A stretch of 63,631 nucleotides of DNA, counting the filler, from Octopus bimaculoides (taxonomy: Eukaryota), in NCBI RefSeq assembly GCF_001194135.2. It is 5 parts of 5 records of this genome, joined end to end, with 100 filler letters (N's around TTAATTAATTAA, not from the genome) between each part and the next. Parts side by side here need not be neighbours in the genome. Positions count along the whole stretch, not along the records: positions 62,602 to 63,631 come from NC_068990.1; 4 more parts are not named here. One strand, written 5' to 3'. The notes below the pieces were generated by a model. It was given only the letters and a program-made list of their open reading frames with translations, made no database searches and was not told where the DNA came from. Positions 62,602-63,631 of the stretch are shown here, in pieces (positions within the stretch are counted from its first letter, which is position 1; every line of letters starts with the position of its first letter). A program made the position numbers and the translations under genes.

Positions 62602-63630
62602 AAGAAACTTATCATGAAGGAACTAAACTCCAAATACAAAGTAACTTCTAAAAGGAATCTATCGGATATCAATTTAAAAATCAAGAAAGTTATGTTGGAC
62701 TATGACTTAATAGATAGAACTGAACCGCTAATACCATGTGAACCTAGAATTAATTTAAAGGACCACAAAAAAAACTTCCAGGAAAACCCGACTGTTAGAC
62801 TCATTTGCCCAACTAGGTCTGACATTGGCAGACTTAGTAAACTTATTCTGGACAATATTTTACCTTTTATAATTCCTAACTTATCTTTAAAATTATGGAA
62901 TAATACTGATGAAGTAATAAACTGGTTTGGATCTATTGACAACACTGGTCATTATTCATTCATCCAATTTGATATAAATAGCTATTATTCAAGCATATCC
63001 CCAATACTTCTATATAAGGCTCTTATTTTTGCTATGAATCGCTCTCTCATTACTAAGGATAAGATAGATATTATTTTGTTAGCTATAAGAACTATTATTG
63101 AATTTGATGATAAGCTCTGGACTAGGGCAGATACCCCAGATAACTTCGATATAGCAATGGGGTCGAGCGACTCGGCTAAAATTACGAATCTAGTAGGAGC
63201 TTACCTCTTATATAGCTTAAATAAAGAAATCTCAGAGCTAAGGGGCGGTCTATATAGGGATGATGCTTTATTCATCATCCCTAGTAATAATAAATCGCTC
63301 ATTGAAAGGATAAGGAAGAAAATTAGAAAATTTTTTAGAAGTTTCAACCTAAATATTACATATGAATATGGTACTAAGATTGTCAATTTTTTAGATGTTA
63401 CTCTTAACATAGAAGCTAGATTATACTACCCATATAGAAAAGAGAATGAAGTTACTAGATATGTAAGTAGATTATCTAATCACCCACCAAATGTATTAAA
63501 TTCTATAGTTAAAAGTATTTCTGAGAGAATTACTAGATTATCTTCTAATATTGATATATTTAATTCTAATTCAAACTACTATAATGTAGCTTTATCTAAA
63601 GCTGGATATGACCAGAAAATTTCTTTCCTT
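62602..63630 (+). CDS. Penelope-like element reverse transcriptase, partial, 343 codons without a stop, open at both ends
   Basis: Hand translation from 62602: LKDHKKNFQENPTVRLICP...FIQFDINSYYSSIS...FDIAMGSSDSAKITNLVG...GLYRDD (YRDD at 63253-63264)...VNFLDVTLN...YPYRKEN...SNHPP...ALSKAGY. Confidence 0.88.
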
Positions 63631-63631
63631 A

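Overview
AT-rich, repeat-dense animal genomic DNA with about 21 N-gaps (roughly 7.5 kb in total). The SINE families and microsatellite load look like a coleoid cephalopod, probably Octopus; this is recognised from memory, not from a search. No host protein-coding gene can be identified with confidence, and nearly all long ORFs in the supplied track are microsatellite or N-gap artefacts. Real coding signal is all from transposable elements: a frameshifted Tx1/L1 3' end (1-1064), two CR1/L2-group ORF2 C-terminal fragments, a 5'-truncated R4/Dong-like RT next to a (TAA)n tract, an RTE RT fragment, a piggyBac cysteine-rich domain remnant, and an uninterrupted 343-codon Penelope-like RT frame (62602-63630) that the ORF track missed. 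Non-coding highlights: a complete minimal type I hammerhead ribozyme (12836-12883) plus several decayed hammerhead-bearing short repeats, which together with the Penelope RT suggest a Penelope/hammerhead retroelement system; an ~800-bp AT-rich palindrome with a GC-richer perfect inner stem; a 5S rRNA copy abutting a tRNA-derived SINE; a LINE/SINE pair sharing a 3' stem-loop with compensatory changes; and SINEs stacked in (TTA)n tracts. Four 44N-TTAATTAATTAA-44N blocks are scaffolding linkers, so adjacency across them is unreliable.
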